NCBI GenBank assembly: GCA_027064425.1
Contig: JAMOPO010000026.1
Span: forward strand, 1-45,941
Direction: 5' to 3'
DNA length: 45,941 nucleotides
DNA from: Methanobacteriota archaeon
GTDB lineage: Archaea > JAADCQ01 > Methanopyri > Methanopyrales > Methanopyraceae
Shown here: positions 36,351 through 45,941 of the stretch, one piece after another
Position numbering within the stretch: position 1 is the stretch's first letter
Layout of the letters: the number at the start of each line of letters is the position of its first letter
Position numbers and translations under genes: made by a program
The notes under the pieces: model-generated
The model's input: the letters and a program-made list of their open reading frames with translations, nothing else
The model's database searches: none
Told to the model about the DNA's origin: nothing

Positions 36351-36720
36351 ACCCTATCAGCGTGGTCGTGCTCGGTTTTTCCCTGAGGGCGAGGATCGAG
36401 AACAGGGTGGCGAAGAGTGGATACGTGCTGGACAGCGGTACAACCCGGGAGGCCTCGCCGGCGCTGAGCGCGAGGTAGTACAGGTACATCCCCACGCCGC
36501 CTCCTAGGATGCCCCCCAGCACCATGTACCACAGGTACCGGGTGCCGCTGATCCTGGCGTGCCCGACGAGGGCGTAGACCGCGAGGATGAACGCGATCGC
36601 CGCGCAGCTGCGCACGACCGTGGCCGTGAGCGGGTCCACCCCTCGCAGGCCGTACTTCTCCACGACGGGTGCCAGGCCCCAGACGACGGCCGTGAGCAGG
36701 GCGTACAGCTCCGCCTTCAT
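36307..36720 (-). CDS. EamA/DMT-family small membrane transporter
   Basis: ALLTAVVWGLAPVVEKYG...YYLALSAGEASRVVPLSSTYPL...LREK; ATG overlaps the upstream TGA. Confidence 0.88.
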   Translation of the reverse strand: MKAELYALLTAVVWGLAPVVEKYGLRGVDPLTATVVRSCAAIAFILAVYALVGHARISGTRYLWYMVLGGILGGGVGMYLYYLALSAGEASRVVPLSSTYPLFATLFSILALREKPSTTTLIGCVLIVVGAVLVGRE

Positions 36721-36977
36721 CCCAGGAGCTCCACCCTCTCCACCTCGATCACCTTCACCCGCTCGGTCGGCACGTTCTCCTCGGGCTCCTCGTAGTCGGA
36801 GACCACCTTCACCTCCTCGTGCGGCTCGAACTCTCGACCGCACTCCTCCAGGACCAGGTCCCCCTCCCGGAGCAGCATCGCGAACTTCCGCTCCACCCTC
36901 ACGCTCCCGATCCGCACCTCCAGCTCCCGCGTCGGTCCCTCGATGCGCACGCGGTTGAACTGCACCGCGTCAACCAC
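36717..36977 (-). CDS. small hypothetical protein
   Basis: 86-aa acidic ORF coupled to spcS and the EamA gene; GGAGG RBS. Confidence 0.7.
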   Translation of the reverse strand: MVDAVQFNRVRIEGPTRELEVRIGSVRVERKFAMLLREGDLVLEECGREFEPHEEVKVVSDYEEPEENVPTERVKVIEVERVELLG

Positions 36978-38283
36978 CCTCCAGCTCCTTTTCCATCCGC
37001 TCGACCGCCAGCCGGATGTCCTCCTCCCGGGCGCCGATCGCCGCGTTGATGGTCACGTAATCGGAGTGGTACCCTCGCAGCCGGCTGGTTCCGAAGGGAT
37101 CGTCGGCGCGGACGCCTCGGGGCCCCGTCACCCTCCGCACGTACAGCCGGGCGGCGAGGTCCACCGGGTCGTGACCCTCCACGGCGACCGCGGAGGCGAT
37201 GGGATTCTCCACGTCCAGAACGCGCACGTCGTCCCGTCTGCCCTCGAGGTCCTCCAGCAGTTCATCCAAAAGCGCTTTGCACTCCTTCTGCCTCTCCATC
37301 AGGCGCCGGTATCCTTTCATGCCTAGGGACAGGAGAGATATCAGCGCGTGCGCGACCGGCGCCGCGCTCGCCCGGCCCGGGTACGCCCGCGAGATCTCCT
37401 CGAGCACCTCTCGGTCCGGCGAGTAGATGATCCCGCCGCCCACCGGGGTCAGCAGGTTCTTGTCCGTGGAGCTCACGATCGCGTCCACGCGGCCCCGCTT
37501 GATGGCCCGGTTGATCAGGTCGCGGTAGTACTCGTGCTGGATCCCGTAGGCGGAGTTCACGATGTGCGGCACGTCGTACTCCTCGCACAGCTCCGCGATC
37601 TCCGGGAGCGGGTCGCTGCGTCGGGGCGGGAAGAACGTCGCCGTGCTCAGCACGGCCGCGGGCGATTCCGACCGCTCCAGCGCCTCCTCCACGTCCTCCG
37701 GCCGCACCACGATCTCGTCGCCCTCGATCTCCGTGTCCACCACCCGCATCCCCAGACCCGCGAGCCGCACCGCCTTGATCGGGCTCTTGTGCGCCGCGTA
37801 CGGGTAGATCACCTCCTCCCCCTCCGCCAGGGCCGACAGGCACAGGGTGATGCACAGCCCCGTCGCGCCGGGGACGACGAACGCGCCCTCGATGTTGTAA
37901 CCCAGTCGGCGCAGGAAGTCCTCCAGCAGCCGGTTCGTCAGCTGGTACATGATCGAGGCGCCCGGAGCCTTCGGCTGCGGGTCCACCAGCGTGCCGCTCC
38001 TGCCCACGCCGTGACAGAACCCGAAGACCGACTCCTCCGAGAGCCGAGACGCCACCCGAGCCTCCCGCTCCCCGATCCGCGCGGCCCGCGGGTCCTTGTC
38101 CGTGTCCATGCGCGAGAGCTCCCACAGAAAGCTCCAAATTAGGTCCTCCGGCCACCCTTCCTCCGGCACCCTCCGCTCCCTCAGCAGGCGCTCAACGGGC
38201 TCCCGGTAGGACTCCAGCACCACCCGACCGCGATCCAGCATGTGCCTGGGGATGAGGCCCTCGATGTCCTCCGGGTCCAGCAA
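36970..38283 (-). CDS. spcS: O-phosphoseryl-tRNA(Sec) selenium transferase (SepSecS)
   Basis: MDTDKDP..RIGEREAR, HGVGRSGTLVDPQPKAPGAS, HIVNSAYG, SSTDKN (PLP lysine), YPGRAS. Confidence 0.95.
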   Translation of the reverse strand: MLDPEDIEGLIPRHMLDRGRVVLESYREPVERLLRERRVPEEGWPEDLIWSFLWELSRMDTDKDPRAARIGEREARVASRLSEESVFGFCHGVGRSGTLVDPQPKAPGASIMYQLTNRLLEDFLRRLGYNIEGAFVVPGATGLCITLCLSALAEGEEVIYPYAAHKSPIKAVRLAGLGMRVVDTEIEGDEIVVRPEDVEEALERSESPAAVLSTATFFPPRRSDPLPEIAELCEEYDVPHIVNSAYGIQHEYYRDLINRAIKRGRVDAIVSSTDKNLLTPVGGGIIYSPDREVLEEISRAYPGRASAAPVAHALISLLSLGMKGYRRLMERQKECKALLDELLEDLEGRRDDVRVLDVENPIASAVAVEGHDPVDLAARLYVRRVTGPRGVRADDPFGTSRLRGYHSDYVTINAAIGAREEDIRLAVERMEKELEGG

Positions 38284-38302
38284 GCGCCCCTCCCCCACCA
38301 CC

Positions 38303-38641
38303 GTGAGGATCGACGGCGAGCTCCGGGCGGTCTCCCGCGAGGTTGCCGCGGCCCTCAAGGAGCTCGAGCGGGCCGGGGTCAACGTCGTGAGCGCCGGGGT
38401 GAGGGTCGATCCCGAGGACCGGCCCAGCTTCTACGCCGCCCCGTTCCTGGACCTGCCCACCCTCGAACTCGAGCGGGAGGAGCTCGCGGAGGCCATCCGG
38501 GGCGGCACCCGGGTCCGCGCCGAGCCGGGCGCCTATAAACTCTCGGTGAAAGGCGTCGCCATGGGCGCCGGTCGGGTGGGCGAGGACGGCGTCCTGCGCG
38601 TCCGCCTCCCGCGGAAGTACGCCCGGCTCCGGCTGTGGTAA
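38303..38641 (+). CDS. small PUA-like protein resembling the RsmF C-terminal/NIP7-type domain
   Basis: VNVVSAGVR...LELEREE...GVAMGAGRV...VRLPRKY pattern; ends 1 bp before the m5C methylase ATG. Confidence 0.55.
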   Translation: MRIDGELRAVSREVAAALKELERAGVNVVSAGVRVDPEDRPSFYAAPFLDLPTLELEREELAEAIRGGTRVRAEPGAYKLSVKGVAMGAGRVGEDGVLRVRLPRKYARLRLW

Positions 38642-38642
38642 G

Positions 38643-39572
38643 ATGAAGCCGCGACGCCTCGAGACCTTCCGGGAGCGCCTCGAGCTGGTCTTCGAGGACC
38701 GGGCCGAGGACGTGCTCCGCTACCTGCTGGAGGAGCGCCCGCCCACCTACGTCCGCGTGAACACCCTGAAGGCCGACGTCGAGTCCGTGGTCGAGTCCCT
38801 CGAGCGCGCGGGCGTGCGACTGGAGGAGACGCCGCTCCCCTACGCCTTCCGCGTGCTCGAGGCCCCTGGCCCGATGGGCTCCTCCCTGGAGCACGCGGCC
38901 GGGTTGATTTACGTTCAGGATCTCGCCTCAATGATCCCGCCGGAGCTGCTGTCGCCCGAGCCTCCGGGCCCGGTGATCGACGCGTGCGCGGCCCCCGGGA
39001 GCAAGACCACCCAGCTGGCGCAGCTGATGGAGGGCCGGGGCGTCATCCTGGCCGTGGACGTGGACCCCAAGCGGGTGCGCTCCCTGGCGCACAACGTGGA
39101 GCGGATGGGCGCGATCAACGTGATCGTGGCCCGGGAGGACGCGACGAGGCTCCGCGTGGGCGCTCCTTACATCCTCCTCGACCCGCCGTGCACGGGGGAG
39201 GGGACGTTCCACCGCGACTCGCACGCGAGGGAGACCTGGACGCCGGCGAAGGTGCTCCGGTTCGCGCGGAAGCAGGAGCGCCTCCTGCGGGCCGTCGTGG
39301 AGCTGCTGCCGCCCGGGGGCCGGCTGGTCTACTCCACCTGCACCTTCTCTCCCGAGGAGAACGAGCTCGTGATCCACCGGGCGCTCGGGGACGATGACCG
39401 GTTCCGCATCGTGGACGAGCGGCCCCGCTGGCTCCGCCGGCACACGGTGCCGGGCCTGACCGAGTGGGAGGGGGAGGAGCTGCGGCCCGACCTCCGCAAC
39501 GCCTTCCGCGTGGATCCTTCCAGCCTGCGCTCGGACGGGTTCTTCATCGCCGTCATCGAGCGCGTGTCGTGA
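38643..39572 (+). CDS. NOL1/NOP2/Sun (RsmB/RsmF) RNA cytosine-C5 methyltransferase
   Basis: VRVNTLK, YVQDLASM, DACAAPGSKTT, LLDPPCTGEG, LVYSTCT..PEENE. Confidence 0.95.
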   Translation: MKPRRLETFRERLELVFEDRAEDVLRYLLEERPPTYVRVNTLKADVESVVESLERAGVRLEETPLPYAFRVLEAPGPMGSSLEHAAGLIYVQDLASMIPPELLSPEPPGPVIDACAAPGSKTTQLAQLMEGRGVILAVDVDPKRVRSLAHNVERMGAINVIVAREDATRLRVGAPYILLDPPCTGEGTFHRDSHARETWTPAKVLRFARKQERLLRAVVELLPPGGRLVYSTCTFSPEENELVIHRALGDDDRFRIVDERPRWLRRHTVPGLTEWEGEELRPDLRNAFRVDPSSLRSDGFFIAVIERVS

Positions 39573-39620
39573 CCTCAAGTTTAACTACCTCGGGGTGCGC
39601 GGTTCACGCCGGGGAACGCC

Positions 39621-40703
39621 TTGACCGAGGTCGGCGGTGAGACGGTCGACAAGCGGGACATCGCCATCCTCCGAGCGATGGAGGGACTCAGCCGAGCGTT
39701 CGAGTGGGTGCCCGAGGACAAGCTCCTGGAGCGCCTGCCGATGGACTACGCGGAGCTGGCGGCCCGGCTCGAGAAGCTGGACAACCTGGGAGTGATCGAG
39801 TACCGGTACATCGACATGTACCAGACTTACGCGGCGAAGATGAAGGAGAAGGCCTACGACACGCTCGCCCTCTGGGACATGAAAAAGCACGACGTGTACG
39901 AGCGGCTGGGCACGGTCATCGGCGAGGGCAAGGAGGCGACGATCCTGAACGCGAAGGATCCGGACGACGAGTTCATCGTGATCAAGCTCCACCGGTACCA
40001 CGCGCCCGAGTTCCGGCGGATCAAGAAGACGCTCGCGTACGCCGCGGTCAAGGTCCGCGGCGAGGAGCTACAGGTGGAGGATCACCGACTCGACGTGCCC
40101 CGGGCCAAGGCGCAGGTGGAGATGAAGGTGCTCCAGATCTTCAGCTCCAAGGGCTTTCCCGTCCCGGACCCGCGGTCCATCAACCGGCACGCCGTCGCCA
40201 TGGACATGATCGAGGGTAACGCGCCCGGCATCCCGGCCCCGCTCCTGGCCAAGGTCAAGGTCAAGAACCCGGAGGACGCGCTGGAGACGATCCTCGAGGA
40301 CTACAAGGAGATGGTCCTCGAGGGCCACTACGTGCACGGGGACCTCAGCGAGCACAACATCCTCGTCACCCCGGACGGGGAGCTGTACTACGTCGACTGG
40401 CCGCAGGCCGTGCCCGTCGAGCACCCGTCCGCGCCCAAGCTCTGCTACCGGGACATCAAGAACATCATCGAGCACTTCAAGCGCAAGTACCGGATCAACG
40501 TCCCGGACCCGAAGGAGGTGTACAACGAGATCGCCGACGACCTGCAGTCCCTGATGGAGGAGAAGAAGGAGGAGTACGAGGAGCACAAGGAGGCGGCCGA
40601 GAAGACGCTCGAGCGGTTCGAGGAGAGCGTGGAGCGGGTGGAAGGTAAGCGTGAGAAGCGTGAGGCCGGACGCCGGAAGGTTGAGGAGAGTGGGGTTTCC
40701 TGA
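39621..40703 (+). CDS. Rio2-type atypical Ser/Thr kinase
   Basis: N-terminal wHTH (FEWVP, YDTLAL), IGEGKEA, HGDLSEHNIL, VDWPQ. Confidence 0.92.
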   Translation: MTEVGGETVDKRDIAILRAMEGLSRAFEWVPEDKLLERLPMDYAELAARLEKLDNLGVIEYRYIDMYQTYAAKMKEKAYDTLALWDMKKHDVYERLGTVIGEGKEATILNAKDPDDEFIVIKLHRYHAPEFRRIKKTLAYAAVKVRGEELQVEDHRLDVPRAKAQVEMKVLQIFSSKGFPVPDPRSINRHAVAMDMIEGNAPGIPAPLLAKVKVKNPEDALETILEDYKEMVLEGHYVHGDLSEHNILVTPDGELYYVDWPQAVPVEHPSAPKLCYRDIKNIIEHFKRKYRINVPDPKEVYNEIADDLQSLMEEKKEEYEEHKEAAEKTLERFEESVERVEGKREKREAGRRKVEESGVS

Positions 40704-41334
40704 GGTCATCCTGGCCGAGGGCAAGACGGTGGAGGAGATCGAGCACGCCCTCAAGCGCCTCCTCCGCTCGGACGGCCTCGCCATCGTCTCCCGGCTCGAC
40801 CCGGACCGCCGGGAGGAGCTGGACCTGCCGGACGGAGTCGAGACCGAGTACGACGAGCGGGCCCGCCTCCTGATCGCCCGCGTCCCGGACTACGAGCCGC
40901 CCTACCGGGGCGGTCGCGTCGCCGCCCTGGCCGCCGGGACCTCCGACCTCCCGTACCTGCGCGAGTCCACCCGGATCCTCGAGGCCCTGGGCGTCGAGGT
41001 CCGAGAGTGGGTCGACGTGGGCCTCGCCGGCCCCCACCGACTCTTCTCCACCCTGCGCGAGCTGCGCGAGTTCCGCCCGCACGCGGTCATCGCCGCCGCC
41101 GGCATGGACGGGCACCTGCCCGTCCTCGTGAACGCCCTGGTGGACGCTCCCGTGATCGGCCTCCCGACCCCCGTCGGCTACGGGGTGGGCGGGTCCGGGG
41201 AGGCCGCCCTGCTCAGCATGCTCCAGACCTGCTCCCCCGGCCTGACGGTCGTGAACGTCGGGAACGGCGTCGGCGCCGCCGCGGCCGCGATCAAGATCGT
41301 CCGCACAGTCCTGCGGGAGGGAGGTGACGATTAG
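40651..41334 (+). CDS. larB: LarB/CpmA (PurE-like) nickel-pincer cofactor biosynthesis protein
   Basis: RRVGFPEVILAEGKT, AAGTSD, DVGLAGPHRL, AGMDGHL, PTPVGYG, MLQTCSPG..VVNVGNG. Confidence 0.88.
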   Translation: MRSVRPDAGRLRRVGFPEVILAEGKTVEEIEHALKRLLRSDGLAIVSRLDPDRREELDLPDGVETEYDERARLLIARVPDYEPPYRGGRVAALAAGTSDLPYLRESTRILEALGVEVREWVDVGLAGPHRLFSTLRELREFRPHAVIAAAGMDGHLPVLVNALVDAPVIGLPTPVGYGVGGSGEAALLSMLQTCSPGLTVVNVGNGVGAAAAAIKIVRTVLREGGDD

Positions 41335-42667
41335 CACCATGGAGCTCCGCGCCTCGGACCTGCGCACGATCGAGGACGTGGAGCGCTACGTGGGCATCCG
41401 AGAGCGCCTCCTCAGGCGCGGGGTCGGAGGCACCTGCCGCGAGCGCATCGAGGACTTCCTGGTCATGGAGAAGCCGAGCCGGAACACCTACATCCCCCTC
41501 ACCCTGGTCGGCGAGTGTCCCGAGTGCCGGGAGTACCACCGGGGCCGCACCTGCCCCGACTGCGGGGTCGAGCTGAGGCGACCCCGGGTCCACCCGCAGC
41601 TCACGGTCCGGAAGCCGCACACCGTCTTCTACCTCGAGAAGTACGATTGGGACACCCTCAAGGCCGTCCGCCGCATCGCCCGGGCGCTCCACCGTCATCA
41701 CCGCGACTTCGGCATCGCCGGGATGAAGGACAAGCGGGCCGTAACCACCCAGCGCGTGAGCGCCCGCGGCGTCCCGCCGGAGTCCCTCCTCGGGGTCCGG
41801 GTCAGGGACATCCGGATCATCCCCGTCGGCGGAGCCCGACGCAAGCTGCGCCCGGGCGACCTTTGGGGCAACCGCTTCGTGATCACCGTGCGCGGGGCCG
41901 ACGCCCGCCGCGTGGACGCCCTGGTCGAGCGCGTGCGCGAGCTGGGTGGCGTCCCCAACTACTTCGGCCTGCAGCGGTTCGGCAGCCGGCGGCCCGTCAC
42001 CCACGTGGTCGGCAAGTACGTGGTGAAGGAGGACTGGGAGCGGGCCGTGAAGACCTTCCTAACCCTGGAGTACCCGCGGGAGTCCGAAGAGGCCATTGAG
42101 GCCCGCCGGTGGCTCAAGGAGAACTGGGGCGAGTTCGAGGAGGCCCTGCGGCGCTTCCCCCGCTTCCTGGACTACGAGCGGCAGATCCTGGAGCACCTGG
42201 CCCGGCACCCGAACGACTACATCAACGCCTTCCGCCGGCTGCCGATGTGGATCCGCAGGATGTTCATCCACGCGTACCAGTCCTACCTGTACAACCTGAT
42301 CCTCTCGGAGCGCATCGCCCGCGGCCTGCCGCTGGATCGACCCGTCGAGGGCGACATCACCCAGGACGGCCTACCCACCGTGCCGCTCCCCGGCTACCGG
42401 ACGGAGCTCAGCGAGGGTGAGCAGGGGGAGATCGAGCGGGAGATCCTGGAGCGGGAGGGGATTGAGCTGGAGGACTTCAAGATTAAGTCCATGCCGGAGC
42501 TCTCCGCGGGCGGCGACCGGAAGCCCGCCCTTCTCCGCGTGTACGGGCTGCGGGCCGAGGTGCTCCGGGAGGACGTTGTTAGGTTCAAGTTCTCGCTGCC
42601 GAGGGGCGGGTACGCGACCACGGTCCTCCGCGAGCTCCTCGGCTCGAAGGGGATCTACGCGGACTGA
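41324..42667 (+). CDS. truD: tRNA pseudouridine(13) synthase TruD with Zn-ribbon-like insertion
   Basis: EDFLV, GIAGMKDKRAVTTQ, GDLWGNRFVI, PNYFGLQRFG, HAYQSYLYN, FSLPRGGYAT. Confidence 0.95.
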   Translation: MTISTMELRASDLRTIEDVERYVGIRERLLRRGVGGTCRERIEDFLVMEKPSRNTYIPLTLVGECPECREYHRGRTCPDCGVELRRPRVHPQLTVRKPHTVFYLEKYDWDTLKAVRRIARALHRHHRDFGIAGMKDKRAVTTQRVSARGVPPESLLGVRVRDIRIIPVGGARRKLRPGDLWGNRFVITVRGADARRVDALVERVRELGGVPNYFGLQRFGSRRPVTHVVGKYVVKEDWERAVKTFLTLEYPRESEEAIEARRWLKENWGEFEEALRRFPRFLDYERQILEHLARHPNDYINAFRRLPMWIRRMFIHAYQSYLYNLILSERIARGLPLDRPVEGDITQDGLPTVPLPGYRTELSEGEQGEIEREILEREGIELEDFKIKSMPELSAGGDRKPALLRVYGLRAEVLREDVVRFKFSLPRGGYATTVLRELLGSKGIYAD

Positions 42668-42679
42668 GTCCCACCGCCG

Positions 42680-42706
42680 GGAACGTTACGATCCTCGAAA
42701 CGATTC
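42680..42706. repeat. 27-bp palindromic motif, copy 6 (GGAACGTTACG-ATCCT-CGAAACGATTC)
   Basis: Between the convergent truD and small Zn-finger genes. Confidence 0.85.
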
Positions 42707-42722
42707 GGCCGGGGGCGTGGGG

Positions 42723-42887
42723 TCAGTACTCGTAAAAAGCGGCGCTACCGCACTCCTCGCACAGCCCGGCGAACTCCAGCTTCCGCCGCTTCTTGACGGC
42801 CTTCTTGTACTCCTCCTTCGTGCAGTTGGGGCACACGACCGCCGGGTCGTTCGGTGATACTATAGGCACGTGCGAGCTCTTCACCAT
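42723..42887 (-). CDS. 54-aa CxxC...CxxC zinc-finger microprotein (below the ORF-track cutoff)
   Basis: MVKSSHVPIVSPNDPAVVCPNCTKEEYKKAVKKRRKLEFAGLCEECGSAAFYEY*; GGGGGTGA RBS; TTTTTA promoter-like element at about 42924-42929 on the minus strand. Confidence 0.75.
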   Translation of the reverse strand: MVKSSHVPIVSPNDPAVVCPNCTKEEYKKAVKKRRKLEFAGLCEECGSAAFYEY

Positions 42888-42949
42888 GGTTCCATCACCC
42901 CCCGGTCCCGGCGTCCCGGTGGGTAAAAAGCAGCACGGGGGCCCGGACC

Positions 42950-43975
42950 GTGAGCGAGGTGCTGGAGCGGCTCATCCGCGGCGAGGACCTCGCGCGCGAG
43001 GAGGCCCGGGAGCTGATGAGCGAGATCGTGGGCGGGGAGCTCTCCGAGGTTAAAATCGCCGGGATCCTCGTCGCGCTGCGCTGCAAGGGTTACTCGCCCG
43101 AGGAGCTGGCCGGGTTCGTCGAGGGGATGATGGAGCACGCCGTCCGCGTGCGGCCCGACGTGGACACCCTCGTGGACACGGCGGGCACCGGCGGCGACGA
43201 GCTGGACACGTTCAACGCCAGCACGCTGGCCGGCCTCACGGCCGCGGCCGCCGGCGTGCCGGTGGCCAAGCACGGTAACCGGAGCGTCACGAGCGAGTGC
43301 GGGAGCGCGGACCTGCTGGAGGCGCTGGGTGTGAACCTCGAGGCGGGCCCCGAGATCGTGGAGCGGTGCGTGGAGGAGGCGAACTTCGGCTTCATGTTCG
43401 CCCCGCGGTACCACCCGGCGATGAAGAACGTCATGCCCGTGCGCCAGGAGCTGGGCGTGAGAACGGTGTTCAACGTGCTCGGCCCGCTCACCAACCCGGC
43501 CCGGGAGGTCATCACGGGCCAGGTGGTGGGGGTGTACTCGGAGAACCTGCTGGAGCTGGTGGCGGGCGCCCTCGCGGAGCTCGGCGTCGAGCGGGCCGTG
43601 GTGGTCTACGGGCTGGATGGGGTGGACGAGCTCAGCGTCACCTGTGAGAACAAGGTCGTGTACGTGGAGGGCGGCGACGTGGAGGGGCCCGACACGATCG
43701 CTCCGGAGGATGTGGGGCTGGACCGTGCGGAGCCGGAGGAAGTAGCGGGCTCGAGCCCGGAGGAGGCGGCCGAAGAGGCTCGTGAGATCCTGGGCGGCGA
43801 GCTGCCCCAGGATCATCCGAAGGTGCAGATGACGGCGTTCAACGCGGGGGCGGCGATCTTCGTGGGTGGTGAGGCCGACTCGATCGAGGAGGGCGTGGAG
43901 CGGGCGCTGGAGGTGATCGGGGAGGGAGAGCCGCTGCGCGTGCTTGAGCGGGTGGTGGAGCTGTCCCAGGGTTAG
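42950..43975 (+). CDS. trpD: anthranilate phosphoribosyltransferase
   Basis: [41 protein letters not shown]. Confidence 0.97.
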   Translation: MSEVLERLIRGEDLAREEARELMSEIVGGELSEVKIAGILVALRCKGYSPEELAGFVEGMMEHAVRVRPDVDTLVDTAGTGGDELDTFNASTLAGLTAAAAGVPVAKHGNRSVTSECGSADLLEALGVNLEAGPEIVERCVEEANFGFMFAPRYHPAMKNVMPVRQELGVRTVFNVLGPLTNPAREVITGQVVGVYSENLLELVAGALAELGVERAVVVYGLDGVDELSVTCENKVVYVEGGDVEGPDTIAPEDVGLDRAEPEEVAGSSPEEAAEEAREILGGELPQDHPKVQMTAFNAGAAIFVGGEADSIEEGVERALEVIGEGEPLRVLERVVELSQG

Positions 43976-45941
43976 CCGCCGTACTCCTCGATGTAGTCCT
44001 CCGGCTCCGGCGGCTCCGGCTTCAGCCCCTTCCGCTCCCGGATCTCCCGGATGATGTCCTCCTCCAGCTCCTCCGGGACCCGCTCGTACCCGGCGTGCTC
44101 CGTGGTCCAGATCGCGCGGCCCTCCGTCGCCGACCGGATGTCGTTCGCGAAGCCGAACATCTCGGCCACCGGCGCCTTGCCCTTGATGATGACCGTGTCA
44201 CCCTCCTGGTTGATCTCCTCGATCGTACCGCGCCGGTTCTGGATCTCCTTCGTGACCGCGCCCATGTAGTCCTGCGGGACGGTGACGTACACGTACTGGA
44301 TGGGCTCCAGCAGGTGCGTGTCCGCCAGGAGCATGCCGCCGTAGATCGCCTTCTTGATCGCCGGGATCACCTGGGCCGGACCGCGGTGCACCGGGTCCTC
44401 GTGGATCTCGGCGTCCACGAGGATCACCTTCACGCCGCGGCACGGCTCCTTGGCCAGCGGGCCCTCCTCCATCGCCTCCTCGAAGCCCTCGATCAGGAGC
44501 TCCATCACCTCGTTCAGGTACTGGACACCGACCGTCTTGTCCAGGAAGAAGTTCGTGCCCTTCACCGCCTGCACGGCCTTCGCGTCGTCCTGGTCCATGC
44601 CGTACTCGATCAGGGCCTCCTCCAGCTCGTCCTCGCTCATCTCTTCCGGGTTGATCTTACCCTCCTCGATGGCCTCGACCACCTCCTCCTCCACGGGCTC
44701 GATGGTCACGTAGAACTTGTTGTGCTTGTTCGGGGACTTGCCCTCCACCTCCTCGTCGCACGTCCCGAACACGCCCTCCCGGTACACCACGATCGGCTCG
44801 GACACCTTGATGTCGACGCCGCGCTCCTTGATCCGGTGCGCGATGATCTCCAGGTGCAGCTCGCCCATTCCGGAGACCAGGTGCTGGCCCGTCTCCTCGT
44901 CGATCTTCACCTCCACCGTCGGGTCCTCCTTCGCGATCTGGTGCAGGATCTCGATCAGCTTGGGCAGATCCTGCGTGTTCTTAGCCTCCACAGCGACCGT
45001 CACCACCGGCTCCGCGAAGTGCCTCAGCTCCTCGAACGGCTCGATCGGGTCGTCCGGGTCCGTGACCGTCTCGCCCGCCCACACGTCCTTCAGACCAGTC
45101 ACCGCCGCGATGTTGCCCGCCGGCACCTCGTCCGTCCGGATCCGGTCCGGACCCATGTAGATGCCGACCTGCTGGACGCGGTCCTCACGCTGCGCGCTCG
45201 CCAGGTAGACCTCCTGCCCCTCCCTGATCGTACCGGAGTACACGCGGCCCGTCGCCACCTCACCCGCGTGCTCGTCGATGCGGACGTCCGTCACGACCAT
45301 CGCCAGCTTCCCGTTCGGGTCGCACTTCTTCAGCATCTCACCGTCCTCACTGTCCGGATCACCCGGCCAGATCTGCTCGATTCGGTACTTCTGCGCCGTG
45401 ACCGGGTCCGGCAGGTGCTTCACGACCATGTCCAGCACGACCTGGTACACCGGGGCCTCCTTCGCCAGCTCCTTCTGCGCGTCCGGCCCCTCCTGGCACG
45501 CCTCGATGATCTCCTTGAACGTGATCCCCGTCTTCTCCATGAACGGGTAGCTGATGCCCCAACCGTAGTACGCGCTGCCGAACGCGACCGAGCCGTCCTC
45601 CACCTTCACCTTCCACTCATCGCGGAACTCCTTCGGCGCCATCTGCTCGATCAGCTTGTTCACCTCCGAGATGATCTCCATGAACCGCTGCTGCATCTCC
45701 TCCGGGCTCAGCTTGAGCTCCGTGATCAGCCGGTCCACCTTGTTGATGTACAGGACCGGCTTCACGCGCTCCCGCAGCGCCTGCCGGAGCACGGTCTCCG
45801 TCTGCGGCATCACGCCCTCGACCGCGCAGACGACCACGATCGCACCGTCCACGGCCCGCATCGCCCGCGTCACGTCACCCGAGAAGTCCACGTGACCCGG
45901 CGTGTCGATCAGGTTGATCAGGTACTCCTCACCCTCGTACT
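43972..45941 (-). CDS. fusA: translation elongation factor EF-2 (5' part outside the window)
   Basis: [53 protein letters not shown] (diphthamide His). Confidence 0.98.
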   Translation of the reverse strand, partial: YEGEEYLINLIDTPGHVDFSGDVTRAMRAVDGAIVVVCAVEGVMPQTETVLRQALRERVKPVLYINKVDRLITELKLSPEEMQQRFMEIISEVNKLIEQMAPKEFRDEWKVKVEDGSVAFGSAYYGWGISYPFMEKTGITFKEIIEACQEGPDAQKELAKEAPVYQVVLDMVVKHLPDPVTAQKYRIEQIWPGDPDSEDGEMLKKCDPNGKLAMVVTDVRIDEHAGEVATGRVYSGTIREGQEVYLASAQREDRVQQVGIYMGPDRIRTDEVPAGNIAAVTGLKDVWAGETVTDPDDPIEPFEELRHFAEPVVTVAVEAKNTQDLPKLIEILHQIAKEDPTVEVKIDEETGQHLVSGMGELHLEIIAHRIKERGVDIKVSEPIVVYREGVFGTCDEEVEGKSPNKHNKFYVTIEPVEEEVVEAIEEGKINPEEMSEDELEEALIEYGMDQDDAKAVQAVKGTNFFLDKTVGVQYLNEVMELLIEGFEEAMEEGPLAKEPCRGVKVILVDAEIHEDPVHRGPAQVIPAIKKAIYGGMLLADTHLLEPIQYVYVTVPQDYMGAVTKEIQNRRGTIEEINQEGDTVIIKGKAPVAEMFGFANDIRSATEGRAIWTTEHAGYERVPEELEEDIIREIRERKGLKPEPPEPEDYIEEYGG

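Noticed and set aside
43972-45941. Intein in EF-2
   Set aside because: The visible part is colinear with EF-2 and shows no intein motifs; the N-terminal region is outside the window and cannot be judged.

Overview
GC-rich archaeal DNA, almost certainly from a Methanopyrus (M. kandleri-like) hyperthermophilic methanogen: it carries mcrBDCGA followed by mtrEDCBAGH, acidic proteins, a tRNA gene encoding C at position 8, and selenocysteine machinery. The window opens with the 3' end of a 23S rRNA gene (no 5S gene follows), then tRNA-Leu(GAG), a two-UGA selenoprotein gene (VhuD/MvhD) with an archaeal SECIS that the ORF track misses, aroA, aroC, translation, RNA-modification and lipid genes, hypF, mmp10, the mcr/mtr cluster, a CobN-family chelatase split into two divergent genes, marker 14, core MetE, SepSecS, an RsmF/NOP2-type methylase, Rio2, LarB, TruD, trpD and a 5'-truncated EF-2 gene. 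Signals the gene list does not explain: (1) a 27-bp palindrome, GAATCGTTNCG-N5-CGWAACGATTC, found six times, always intergenic and mostly just downstream of highly expressed genes; (2) an accessory segment at about 11.2-12.5 kb with an orphan 'GPYY..W..G..YLG' gene, an AT-rich array of 11-bp-periodic ATCYRYGYAT repeats, flanking box C/D sRNAs and a GC-skew inversion; (3) six candidate box C/D sRNAs, one with a guide complementary to a tRNA D-arm across the edited position 8; (4) a His/Asp-rich orphan protein; (5) local strand-composition domains. All family calls are by eye from motifs; no database searches were run.
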